A stretch of DNA of 64,000 bases. Origin: Flectonema sp. DT1601 (lineage: Eukaryota). The first letter of the stretch is position 1; every line of letters starts with the position of its first letter. The translations under genes were made by a program, and so were the position numbers. The notes beneath the pieces were generated by a model, which worked only from the letters and a program-made list of their open reading frames with translations, searched no databases and was not told the origin of the DNA. The stretch is from positions 248,001 through 312,000 of the forward strand of contig OZ025805.1 of the NCBI GenBank assembly GCA_964019425.1, written 5' to 3'. This document shows positions 48,584 through 59,023 of the stretch, one piece after another.

Positions 48584-50785
48584 ATGCAAGTTTTCGTGAC
48601 TTGTCCTGATTGGGGACTCCCCGCAGTGACAGTGACGGCTGGTGCTGATTCAGTTGTGAACGACGTGTTGACGGCGGCGGCTGAGGAGTGGGATGTGGAT
48701 CCGGATGAAGTTGAACTCTCGTTTGCTGGTGATACCCTTTGCGAAACTGATCGGCTGGCAGATCATGGAGTGGTTGCAGACAGCGAGTTGGAAATGTGGA
48801 AGAAGCAGCTTAGGATATTCGGTAAAAGCTGGTTTGTTGATGATGCAAAACGGGAGAAGCTGCTTCTTTGGATGAGAGACCACATTACGGAGTACTTACG
48901 TCTGGACACTCCGACATTCACAAAAGATGGTTGCCTCACTGTTGACAGTAGGCTGCTTCCTTCAAATGCCAAACAGATTGCTTTCCGCAATTCAAATTCC
49001 AACAGCACAGACATCTCACGAGTCACCACTATAGCTGATAAGTTCTTGTTTCGTTGTTCACATATCACTACTATCGACCTTTCAGGTCTTGGTAGTGTCA
49101 CCACTATCGGAGATGAGTTCTTGTCTCGCTGTTCACAAATTACTTCTCTTAACCTTTCAGGTCTTAGTAGTGTCACCGCTATTAAAAAACACTTCTTGTT
49201 TTATTCAAATATCACTTCTCTTGACTTTTCAGGTCTTAGTAGTGTCACCACTATTGGTGATTATTTCTTGCTTTCCTGTGAACAAATCACTTCTCTTGAC
49301 CTTTCAGGTCTTAGTAGTGTCACCACTATCGGAGATGAGTTCTTGTCTCGCTGTTCACAAATTACTTCTCTTAACCTTTCACGTCTTAGTAGTGTCACCG
49401 CTATCGGAGATGAGTTCTTGTCTCGCTGTTCACAAATTACTTCTCTTAACCTTTCAGGTCTTAGTAGTGTCACCGCTATTAAAAAACACTTCTTGTTTTA
49501 TTCAAAAATCACTTCTCTTGACTTTTCAGGTCTTAGTAGTGTCACCACTATTGGTGATTATTTCTTGCTTTCCAGTGAACAAATCACTTCTCTTGACCTT
49601 TCAGGTCTTAGTAGTGTCACCGCAATTGGAGAAGGTTTCTTGTATTCCTGTGAACAAATCACTTCTCTTGACCTTGCAGGTCTTAGTCGTGTCACTACTA
49701 TTGGTGATAATTTCTTATACTCCTGTGAGCAAATTACTACTATTGACTTTTCAGGTCTTAGTAGTGTCACTACTATTGATGATCGTTTCTTATACTCCTG
49801 TGTAAAAATCACTTCTCTTGACCTTTCCGGTCTTAGTAGTGTCACTACTATTGGTGATTATTTCTTGTCTTTCTGTTCACGAATCACTTCTCTTGACCTT
49901 TCCGGTCTTAGTAGTGTCACCACTATTGGTGATAATTTCTTATACTTCTGTGTAAAAATCACTTCTCTTGACCTTTCTGGTCTTAATAGTGTCACTACTA
50001 TTGGTGATAATTTCTTATACTCCTGTGAGCAAATTACTACTATTGACTTTTCAGGTCTTAGTAGTGTCACCACTATTGGTGATTATTTCTTGTCTTTCTG
50101 TTCACAAATCACTTCTCTTGACCTTTCTGGTCTTAGTAGTGTCACTACTATTGGTGATAATTTCTTATACTCCTGTGAGCAAATTACTACTATTGACTTT
50201 TCAGGTCTTAGTAGTGTCACCACTATTGGTGATTATTTCTTATACTCCTGTGAGCAAATTACTACTATTGACTTTTCAGGTCTTAGTAGTGTCACTACTA
50301 TTGATGATCGTTTCTTATACTCCTGTGAGCAAATCACTTCTCTTGACCTTTCAGGTCTTAGTAGTGTCACCACTATTGGTGATTATTTCTTATACTTCTG
50401 TGTAAAAATCACTTCTCTTGACCTTTCTGGTCTTAGTAGTGTCACCGCTATTAAAGAACACTTCTTGTCTTATTCAGAAATCACTTCTCTTGACTTTTCA
50501 GGTCTTAGTAGTGTCACCACTATTGGTGATACTTTCTTATATTCCTGTGAACAAATCACCTCTCTTGACCTCTCGTGTCTTAGTAGTGTCACCACTATTG
50601 GTGAAGGTTTCCTGTATTCCTGTAAACATATTACTTCTCTTGACTTTTCAGGTCTTAGTAGTGTCACCACTATTGGTGATTGCTTTCTCAGTAAATGCAT
50701 CGCTCTTGAATCTGTCCAGCTTCCTGAAAGTAATAGCGCTCTCTTTGAGGAGTCTGTGAAAGCAGCGATTGATCATTCAGGATAA
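48584..50785 (+). CDS. UBL-LRR protein copy 4, ~23 repeats, intact C-cap
   Basis: UBL head, LRRs and the same C-cap as copy 3. Confidence 0.88.
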   Translation: MQVFVTCPDWGLPAVTVTAGADSVVNDVLTAAAEEWDVDPDEVELSFAGDTLCETDRLADHGVVADSELEMWKKQLRIFGKSWFVDDAKREKLLLWMRDHITEYLRLDTPTFTKDGCLTVDSRLLPSNAKQIAFRNSNSNSTDISRVTTIADKFLFRCSHITTIDLSGLGSVTTIGDEFLSRCSQITSLNLSGLSSVTAIKKHFLFYSNITSLDFSGLSSVTTIGDYFLLSCEQITSLDLSGLSSVTTIGDEFLSRCSQITSLNLSRLSSVTAIGDEFLSRCSQITSLNLSGLSSVTAIKKHFLFYSKITSLDFSGLSSVTTIGDYFLLSSEQITSLDLSGLSSVTAIGEGFLYSCEQITSLDLAGLSRVTTIGDNFLYSCEQITTIDFSGLSSVTTIDDRFLYSCVKITSLDLSGLSSVTTIGDYFLSFCSRITSLDLSGLSSVTTIGDNFLYFCVKITSLDLSGLNSVTTIGDNFLYSCEQITTIDFSGLSSVTTIGDYFLSFCSQITSLDLSGLSSVTTIGDNFLYSCEQITTIDFSGLSSVTTIGDYFLYSCEQITTIDFSGLSSVTTIDDRFLYSCEQITSLDLSGLSSVTTIGDYFLYFCVKITSLDLSGLSSVTAIKEHFLSYSEITSLDFSGLSSVTTIGDTFLYSCEQITSLDLSCLSSVTTIGEGFLYSCKHITSLDFSGLSSVTTIGDCFLSKCIALESVQLPESNSALFEESVKAAIDHSG

Positions 50786-52193
50786 AGTGGTGAATTGATT
50801 CTTAAATTTTTGCTTTTTGTTATTTTTGTTTTATTAATTATTTGACCCTAAAAATCTTTCTGTGGCAGGGAAATATTACTTGTGGAAGAACTCGCGAGTT
50901 TGAAAGAAAATCTCCAAATCCGCGAGAATATTATAAAAAGGAGAAATATATTTCAGATAACACCTCAAGAAGGCTATTAACAATCTTAATAGTCATCTTA
51001 TTGAGTTATCTGACAATCTGTTATTGTTCAAGTTTCCGCTTCAGGGTGTTTTTGTGAGGAAGAAACTAGTCGCGCAGATCGAAAGGAAGACAAGTTTCTC
51101 ACTTCTGCGCTCTGATGTGAAGAACCATGTTATGGAAGTTATTGATATTTCATATAAAACTACCGACTTAAATATTGTTATAGACGACCTTTCTATAGTA
51201 GATGCACTGATCAATCCTGACTGGTCAGAATCAAAGCTTTCTAAATTTCTATCTCGGTTAAGTCTCCTCCTGCGGTGAAATCCCCTTTTGGTAGATGAAG
51301 AACATTTCTTGCCTTTAGTGTAATTGTTTTTTTTTATTTTGTTAGTATCTTCGGACAAGTTGTTTCTCTTTTTCGACTTCGAATGTCCATTTTGGAAACT
51401 TTCATGTTGAGATCGGACATTTCAGTAACATTTGCGTAGAATTAGAGGTTTTCCCAAAAAAAGGAACTGATGGACAAAACTTTTGGCATCCAAAACAGTA
51501 GAACAGTAAAAGAGAACAAAAAGGGGGTCTCGATGCGTCCCGTTTTAAAGTTTGGGTAGCACCTTACAGCTATTTTAGATTTCGTAATAAACAGACCGTT
51601 TTGTGGTAAAGGGCCAGTTTGTCCAAAGAAAAAAAAAAGAACAACGGAAAGCGAAGAGAAATTAAATACTGCCAACCAATACCAGTGGCGTGGTTGTTTG
51701 TTCTCTTTTGTTTTGTTTTTTTAAAATAAAACAACAAAAACGGAACAACGACGAGCAACATCCATCCCTTTTCCCCAAACACTCAACACTTTTTTCTTAT
51801 TTCTGTGCTACGTTTGACTGTGTTCTGGAAAGTGAATTAAATTGTTTTATAAGAAGTTGGATGGAAAACTGTTGGTTGTTAAATAATAACTTTATTAATT
51901 CTCACAGCCATTATGGAAGTACCACTCTCATTTGAAAGCCTCGACGTTGTCCGGGGAATACATTTGTGAACTTCTTCTTTGCCTTGTAAAACAGTATTCA
52001 AGTCCCTTTATAGGAATCTAACAACATGTCTCATTCTTCGTAGTATTCGATACCCAGACATGATTCAATGTAGGGATCGTATTTATATAATTGTTGCCGC
52101 CTGGCGTTTGGAACACAACATCCACACATTCTTTACACAGCAGCCATATATTAACACCCCACAGCAAATAGTAATTCAAAAAACTAACAAACA

Positions 52194-53129
52194 ATGCAAG
52201 TTTTCGTGACTTGTCCTGATTGGGGACTCCCCGCAGTGACAGTGACGGCTGGTGCTGATTCAGTTGTGAACGACGTGTTAACGGCGGCGGCTGAGGAGTG
52301 GGATGTGGATCCAGATGAAGTTGAACTCTCGTTTGCTGGTGATACCCTTTGCGAAACTGATCGGCTGGCAGATCATGGAGTGGTTGCAAACAGCGAGTTT
52401 GAAATGTGGAAGAAGCAGCTTAGGATATTCGGTAAAAGCTGGTTTGTTGATGATGCAAAACGGGAGAAGCTGCTTCTTTGGATGAGAGACCACATTACGG
52501 AGTACTTATGTCTGGACACTCCGACATTCACAGAAGATGGTTGCCTCACTGTTGATCGTGACCTTCTTCCTTCAGATGCCAAACAGGTTGCTTTCCGCAA
52601 TTCCGATTCCAACAACACAGACATCTCACTAGTTACTACTATTGGAGATAGATTCTTGTTTCGTTGTTCACGAATTACTTCTCTTGACCTTTCAGGTCTT
52701 AGTAGTGTCACCACTATTGGAGATAGATTCTTATATAATTGTTCAAGGATTACTTTTCTTGATCTTTCAGGTCTTAGTTGTGTCACCACTATTGGTGATT
52801 ATTTCCTGTCTTTCTGTTCACAAATCACTTCTCTTGACCTTTTAAGTCTTAGTAGTGTCACCACTATTGGTGAAGGTTTCTTGTTTTCCTGTGAAAAAAT
52901 CACTTCTCTTGACCTTTCAGGTCTTGGTAGTGTCGCCACTATTGGTGATTATTTCCTGTTTTCCTGTGAAAAAATCACTTCTCTTGACTTTTCAGGTCTT
53001 AGTAGTGTCACCACTATTGGTGATCTCTTTCTCAGTAAATGCTACGCTCTTGAATCTGTCCAGCTTCCTGAAAGTAATAGCGCTCTCTTTGAGGAGTCTG
53101 TGAAAGCAGCGATTGATCATTCAGGATAA
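52194..53129 (+). CDS. UBL-LRR protein copy 5, ~6 repeats, intact C-cap
   Basis: UBL head, LRRs and the same C-cap as copy 3. Confidence 0.88.
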   Translation: MQVFVTCPDWGLPAVTVTAGADSVVNDVLTAAAEEWDVDPDEVELSFAGDTLCETDRLADHGVVANSEFEMWKKQLRIFGKSWFVDDAKREKLLLWMRDHITEYLCLDTPTFTEDGCLTVDRDLLPSDAKQVAFRNSDSNNTDISLVTTIGDRFLFRCSRITSLDLSGLSSVTTIGDRFLYNCSRITFLDLSGLSCVTTIGDYFLSFCSQITSLDLLSLSSVTTIGEGFLFSCEKITSLDLSGLGSVATIGDYFLFSCEKITSLDFSGLSSVTTIGDLFLSKCYALESVQLPESNSALFEESVKAAIDHSG

Positions 53130-53757
53130 AGTGGTGAATTGATTCTTAAAATTTTGCTTTTTGTTATTTTTGTTTTATTAATTATTTGACCCTAAAAGTC
53201 TTTCTGTGGCAGGGAAATATTACTTGTGAAAGAACTCGCGAGTTTGAAAGAAAATCTCCAAATCCGCGAGAATATTATAAAAAAGGTCACACTCATGCCA
53301 TGTCGACCATTGAAGATGGTAGCCTAAATGATTAGATTTTGTTATTTTAGTTTTCCTTTCAGTGTCGAAAATCAATTCAACTTTCCTGTTGCGTCGTTTA
53401 CGAAGAAATGAATCTAACCAAGCAACCCACCCTTCCCACTTTCCCAGAACTGTTCAGATACTTCTTTGTTGTGGATTTCTGACTTGTTTAATCTGAACTC
53501 TTAATTATAAACCATATTTCTTTATCAGGTGCATCCAGTAATGGAAAGTGAATTACCCAACGACGGAAAAGAGAAATGTATTGTGGTTTTTAGTTTTGTT
53601 AGAAAACACGACTGTGTCTGCATGTCAATAGGTACCGTCAGTGAAATATTACTATACGTGTTCTGGAGAAACGACAAAAAAATATTTTTTTTTCGTTCTT
53701 TTTTTTTCCTCCTTTCCTCCTGTGGGAAATCCTACTTCTATTCTACTAATCGTAATG

Positions 53758-53788
<31 letters not shown>

Positions 53789-53895
53789 GTCATTCTCTGA
53801 CTCTGAGGTAGTATCCCCCATTATTGGTTAGTTGTTTTTGACAAAAAAATCTTAACAACTTTCATTTTCTAATCGAAGTTAATGAAGAAAAATAA

Positions 53896-55110
53896 ATGAC
53901 AATCGAGGATGTGTTAGAAGCCATGAGAACATCTGAGTCAGTCGATGCCGTTACACTACATGTCTGGGCAGATATGATTGATAGTGAGATTGAGATCTTG
54001 AGAAAGAAGATGAAATGTGCTCCTTCAAAAGAAGAACGTTTTAGTAACATAGTAGAACCTGTAGCCCCCAGTCCTCGAAAAGATCGGTTGCGGAATAGGT
54101 ATCAGAGAGGTATTTACACTCGACAGGAGTCTTCTACGTCATTGTCGGTAGCCAGTTCGTTACCGTCGATATTGGTATCTTCATTACATATGTTGTTGGA
54201 AGGTGTGGCTTATAAACTTAGAGCAAGAAAAGCAGTCTGCTACCTTAAGGTTGATTCTGTTAATCTCAAGGCAATTGTTAGCACGGGTATTGGAATTCCT
54301 TCTCTCAGAAAATTAAATTCTGATGACTACTGGTCTCAACATGTTCTCGAATCGGGGATTGCCGTTAACGTCGACGTTCCAGTTTCAATCGACTCATCAA
54401 CTTCACTTGCGAAATGTAGTTCTAAAAATATGCTTTGTTTTCCTTTAACAGTTCTTAATGAGAGTAAACGCTGTGGTGTAATCCAGTTTTTTGATAAAGA
54501 TGATGGACAGACGTCATTCAATGACATTGATGAGGCATCCGTTGCAGCAACATTAGAAATATTTTCTTTTATACTGCACTACTATCCATCAACCCCTTTG
54601 AGATGGCAGTTTGACAACAGGTTGTTAAAATGTTGCCGAAAATTCGTTCCAAAAGAAATGCCAACCGATTTTAAAATAGAAACTGAAAAACCTCATAGTG
54701 ATCGACAACGAATCTTTAGGGTTGCTAGATCTGGAAAGTTATTTATAAGAAAACTTCAGCAGGGATCTGAAACTTTGCCTAATTCAAAAAATATAAATTC
54801 AGTAAATACCAACTGTGCCTTAGTTCACGTTAACGACTACATCAACAAGCTTGAAGACTGTTGGCATAGTTCAGTCCATCTAAACGCTGAATTCATGTGC
54901 GATACTGACTTTATGACTAAAAAGAATATAAATCTGAAAGAAGAATTAACAAAGCAAACTCGACAACTTGAACTGTCGGAAGCTTCATGCAGGGAAAAAG
55001 ACAGGCTTTGTGATGAATATAGAATATCGTACGACGGGCTTACGAGGGACATCCGCCAATTAGTTCCCAGGAGACACCATGCGTTACGCCCACGTCTTCA
55101 TTTTCGATAG
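53896..55110 (+). CDS. GAF-like domain + coiled-coil protein
   Basis: HVLESGIAVNV...NMLCFPL...GVIQFFDK...FNDIDE GAF pattern; C-terminal heptads. Confidence 0.7.
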   Translation: MTIEDVLEAMRTSESVDAVTLHVWADMIDSEIEILRKKMKCAPSKEERFSNIVEPVAPSPRKDRLRNRYQRGIYTRQESSTSLSVASSLPSILVSSLHMLLEGVAYKLRARKAVCYLKVDSVNLKAIVSTGIGIPSLRKLNSDDYWSQHVLESGIAVNVDVPVSIDSSTSLAKCSSKNMLCFPLTVLNESKRCGVIQFFDKDDGQTSFNDIDEASVAATLEIFSFILHYYPSTPLRWQFDNRLLKCCRKFVPKEMPTDFKIETEKPHSDRQRIFRVARSGKLFIRKLQQGSETLPNSKNINSVNTNCALVHVNDYINKLEDCWHSSVHLNAEFMCDTDFMTKKNINLKEELTKQTRQLELSEASCREKDRLCDEYRISYDGLTRDIRQLVPRRHHALRPRLHFR

Positions 55111-55170
55111 TTTTTTTTTTTTTTTTTTTTCTTCTTGTATAGAAATAAGGCTAAGTTTCGCATCGCCAAC

Positions 55171-55270
55171 TAGTCAAACTGTATCTCAGAACTAATGTTA
55201 AATTATCGTTATGTTGTTTATGATACAATACATTTGTATTTTGCGTACAAACTCGAACAGTTTACCCCCC
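55171..55270 (+). mobile_element. Dispersed SINE-like 3' module, family B; copies at ~4112-4210, 4211-4335, 4481-4570, 5161-5242, 22787-22880, 25786-25906, 63023-63080, variants 3321-3415 and 55335-55442
   Basis: tagtca...actaatgttaaattatcgttatg...tgatacaatacatttgtat...aacagttaacccc; fixed 3' end, variable 5' ends, several copies with flanking direct repeats. Confidence 0.75.
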
Positions 55271-56175
55271 TCACGGGTTTACTGAGTACTATTGATTATA
55301 ATGTAGAGCAAGTACGTCATTTGTATTAACATTTTAGTCACTTGTGTCATGAGTTTTTTTTTTTTTTTTTTTATTATTGAGTTCTGATACAATACAAAGA
55401 GATTTATATTCGTATGAACCTAATCAAAACAGTTAACCCCCCTCACGGGTTTACTGAGATTTTTTTGGCTGAGTGTTTTGTTGACGTATGGCTCTCATGC
55501 CTGCATGAGAACTTCCTCCGACGAAATTTGTATGTGTTCATAATAACTTGCTGAATCGATCCTTTTTGTTGCTTTTTTTTATTTGAGTACCTGTTTAATA
55601 TGAATATGTGAGCGTCTTTACAGATGTTTTGTTTACATTATCAAATTCTGGGGCGGGTTGTGCAAGGTTAAACAAGAATTTAAAAATTTTCATTTCATTT
55701 TCCAGGGTCCTTACAGCACCGACTACAGTGATTTATAGGGGATTTATTCAACGTGTTGCTTCGTAGTTGTTTTTTTTTTTTTAAAATCCCTTACACCACT
55801 ACAAGAACCACAAAATAATGGGTACGAAATTTTATTGTTTTGTCAAAAAAAGGAGACTTTGATTTATTTATCTAAGTCCCTCCGAAAAAGCTGTTACGGT
55901 AACATAGGCAAGTGGCGCTCAACTATGTTCACGTGGCCTCCAGTGGTATTATTTATTTATTTGCAGTCATTTACTACGCTGCCGCTGACAGTCAAGATTG
56001 TCGGAGAAATTGTTGTTCCTTTTGAGCTTAAGGACGCAGTATCAAATCACCCCTGAATCTCCATTTTTTCTACAACACACATATGGGGTCATTATAGCTG
56101 TTGGTCTTTTTTAACATTGTAATGCATTTCTTATTATTATTTTTTTTTTCAGTTTTAGTTAGTTTTTGTATTTTA

Positions 56176-56796
56176 ATGTGGAGAACAGAGTTGAAACAAG
56201 AGATTGAAGAATTACAGGAGGAGTTGGTTAAAGTATACTGCAAGAAAGACAGTTATATTGAGATCACTGTTGAAGAACAGACGTGCCGGATGGAACAACT
56301 GACAGATGGCATAGCTAAAGCTGAGGCACAGATTAAAGAATTGGAATTGAAACAAGAATTAAAACAAGAGTTGAGACACGAAATTAAAGAGTTGAAACAA
56401 GAGATTAAAGAATTACAGGCTGAAGTGGTTAAAGTATACTGCAGGAAAGACAGTTATACTGGAATCACTGTCGAAGAACAGACTTGTAGGATGGACCAGC
56501 TGACGGGGAGCATAGCTAAAGCTGAGGCACAGATTAAAGAGCTGCCCGGTATACTTGAAATCTCAACTGATCTAGGAAGGGATTCAATTAGCCACCATTA
56601 TAAAATGAAACGAATCGCACAGGAGGAGTTTGAAGAACAAACAAAGCGTCGACGTAATGAACGATCATACGAAACTTTGTCACGTGAATTTGTGAAATGC
56701 GCAACTGGAAAACTACGTTCGGAAGAATACGAATTAGTATTAGATCACACATCAGAAATAACCGCAATCCAAACTCCAATGATAACAGAATGGTGA
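56176..56796 (+). CDS. Hypothetical coiled-coil protein with an internal ~52-aa duplication
   Basis: ELKQEIxELQxExVKVYCxKDSY..ITVEEQTCRMxQLTxxIAKAEAQIKEL occurs twice. Confidence 0.55.
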   Translation: MWRTELKQEIEELQEELVKVYCKKDSYIEITVEEQTCRMEQLTDGIAKAEAQIKELELKQELKQELRHEIKELKQEIKELQAEVVKVYCRKDSYTGITVEEQTCRMDQLTGSIAKAEAQIKELPGILEISTDLGRDSISHHYKMKRIAQEEFEEQTKRRRNERSYETLSREFVKCATGKLRSEEYELVLDHTSEITAIQTPMITEW

Positions 56797-59023
56797 GAGA
56801 GGAATATCTTCTAAATCAAACACATGTCTATCGGGTTCAGACCTCGGATCTTCATCCAGGGAATGAAAGAACTAAAACTGATCAATTGTATTGCTGCTGT
56901 CTGAATTCCATTTATTACCGTTGTGATTCAGTCAAGTATTTGGCTCAGGGTTCCAATAAAAGACATTACTTATGAAAGTGGGTTAAGTCTATTCAACATT
57001 TGAACAATTCTGAAGAGATGCCCGACTGTTAGCTGGCTGCTGACAATTCAAGACCACCTTCTTTTATTTATTTATTTATTTCTTTTCAGTGTGCAAAAAA
57101 AAAAAAAAAACAGTATCAACTTTCTCCTTTGCGTTGACTGACTTACTTCTACACCATAACTGATGATGAGAGAATAGAGGTGAAGAGGTGTATATGGATT
57201 ACTCTCGAAACCTAAATAGTTAAATCTCACAGTGTGTCGATATAAATCACAAGAAACACAATCAAATAAGTAACTACATCCCCGGTTAATACTTGATGGG
57301 TGATTACAGCAATAAAGAGAATGCCGAATGACGTTCAAGTCGCTCGTCAAAAAAGCTGGATACAAAATCCATTAGGACGTTGGTCAGAGACACATGAGGA
57401 ATATTGTGAAAAACAGAAGTGAACATATTAAGTTTGCGATCAGGATGCCTGTTGGGGGGAGCTTCTGGTTGATACGATAAGCATGACTCTGTGTGTTGCT
57501 CGACGGTTATTCAGTTAAGACTATTCATGAATAGTTTTTTTTTGATTCCGTGGGAGGTTACGGCAAAATAAGAGAATGCCGAATGACTGAAGGAACCCTT
57601 ACAAAGTACAAGGGATAAAGAAGAAGAATGTGTCCATTAGGACATTAGTAAGAGACATCGTAAAAATGAATATCAAGAACTATGATCAAGCTACCATCTA
57701 AATACTCTCTAAAGGCTGTTTAGGAGGATGCCTGTTACCGAAAGAGAATTCTACTCCCAGGAAGTGTAGGGGAGTTGTTGTTTTATTTAGTTTTTATTTT
57801 TTATTCCGCAGGTTGTTTTTGTTATGAAGATGCAGTTGAGCTGGAGATAGAAGAGAAGGAAGTGAAAAAAAAAAAAAAAATTATAATTTTTTTTTTGTGG
57901 TGTCGATCAGACGAAATATTGCTACCGAGTGATGCGGGTTGTACCCTAAAAAAAAAGTGATGGAAAATATTCCATTGTAGCCTCACGTGTGAGGTTAGAA
58001 ATACAACTCGTTGAAACCGTAGTATTGGGGTGAGTCCCAGCCATCCAAGTTGAAAAAAGATGAAAAAAAATAAAATAAATATCAAGAACTATGATCAGAC
58101 TGAGTGATACCATAAAACACAAGAAACCAAAGAAGTATATACCAACAAAATAGTAAAATTAAAGACGAGAGTGAAAAACCTATCCTATCACTCAAAATAG
58201 GTGTAAGTAATCGTCAGAACAGTTAAACTAAATTTTAAAAAGTCATCTGCGTGGTTTATGTTGTGCTGAAATTTTTAAAAAAAAAAAAAATTATTTTGTT
58301 CTCTCTTTCCGTTGACCGTTTGTCCACCTGTCTCAAAAAAGAAAATAAAAATGTTTTTTTATAAAAAAAAAAAAAAGGAATGAAAAAATAGTGCGGCTCC
58401 CTCAGCTGGGGCTCTGGTGTGTAATCATTGGTGTATATAAATATATAAAAAAAAGTGAAATTTTATTTTCAGAAGTTGAAATTATGAAATAAAAAAAGGG
58501 TTTTCGTTGTTTATTCAGTTTTTTTTATTTTTATTCCACAGGTCAATCAATGAGTAACAAAAAAAAAAAAAACCACTCAGATAAGCCTTTATATATTTTG
58601 TTGATCGCAGCTAGTTTTACTGGCGCACAGGGAAATAGATAACATGACAATAATAAATAACGGCTCTTAATCTGAATAGTTTCTTCTCCGACTTCGTCGG
58701 CGCAAAAAAAAGAAAAAAGAACGCTATTGTTCACTATTGTAAAACTATCTAATAATTTATCTTTTATATATTCTTAACAGGTCTGTGAATATGATAAACG
58801 ATTACTGATGAAAGCCTAAGAGTGTATTATGGAACAGAATTTTTTAGTTTTTTTTTTTTTGCATTTAACAAGTATTGTAAGAACGAAAAAGAATGTTGGC
58901 AGCACACGTAAACCTCCTTTAGCTTTATCAGTTTAAGTCGGTTCACGGTTTCGTGCACAAACAAATCAATTTAGTGTACTTTTTTTTATACTAAACTAAT
59001 ATTTCTTAACAGGTAGTGTGAAC

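Noticed and set aside
35600..50700. CRISPR-like array (constant anchor + variable segment)
   Set aside because: In-frame protein-coding LRR repeats with mutually homologous variable parts; no cas genes; eukaryotic context
35652..53103. Long alternative-frame and minus-strand ORFs over the LRR genes (LLLTFQVLVVSPLL, VTLLRPERSREVI)
   Set aside because: Shadows of the stop-poor 72-nt repeat
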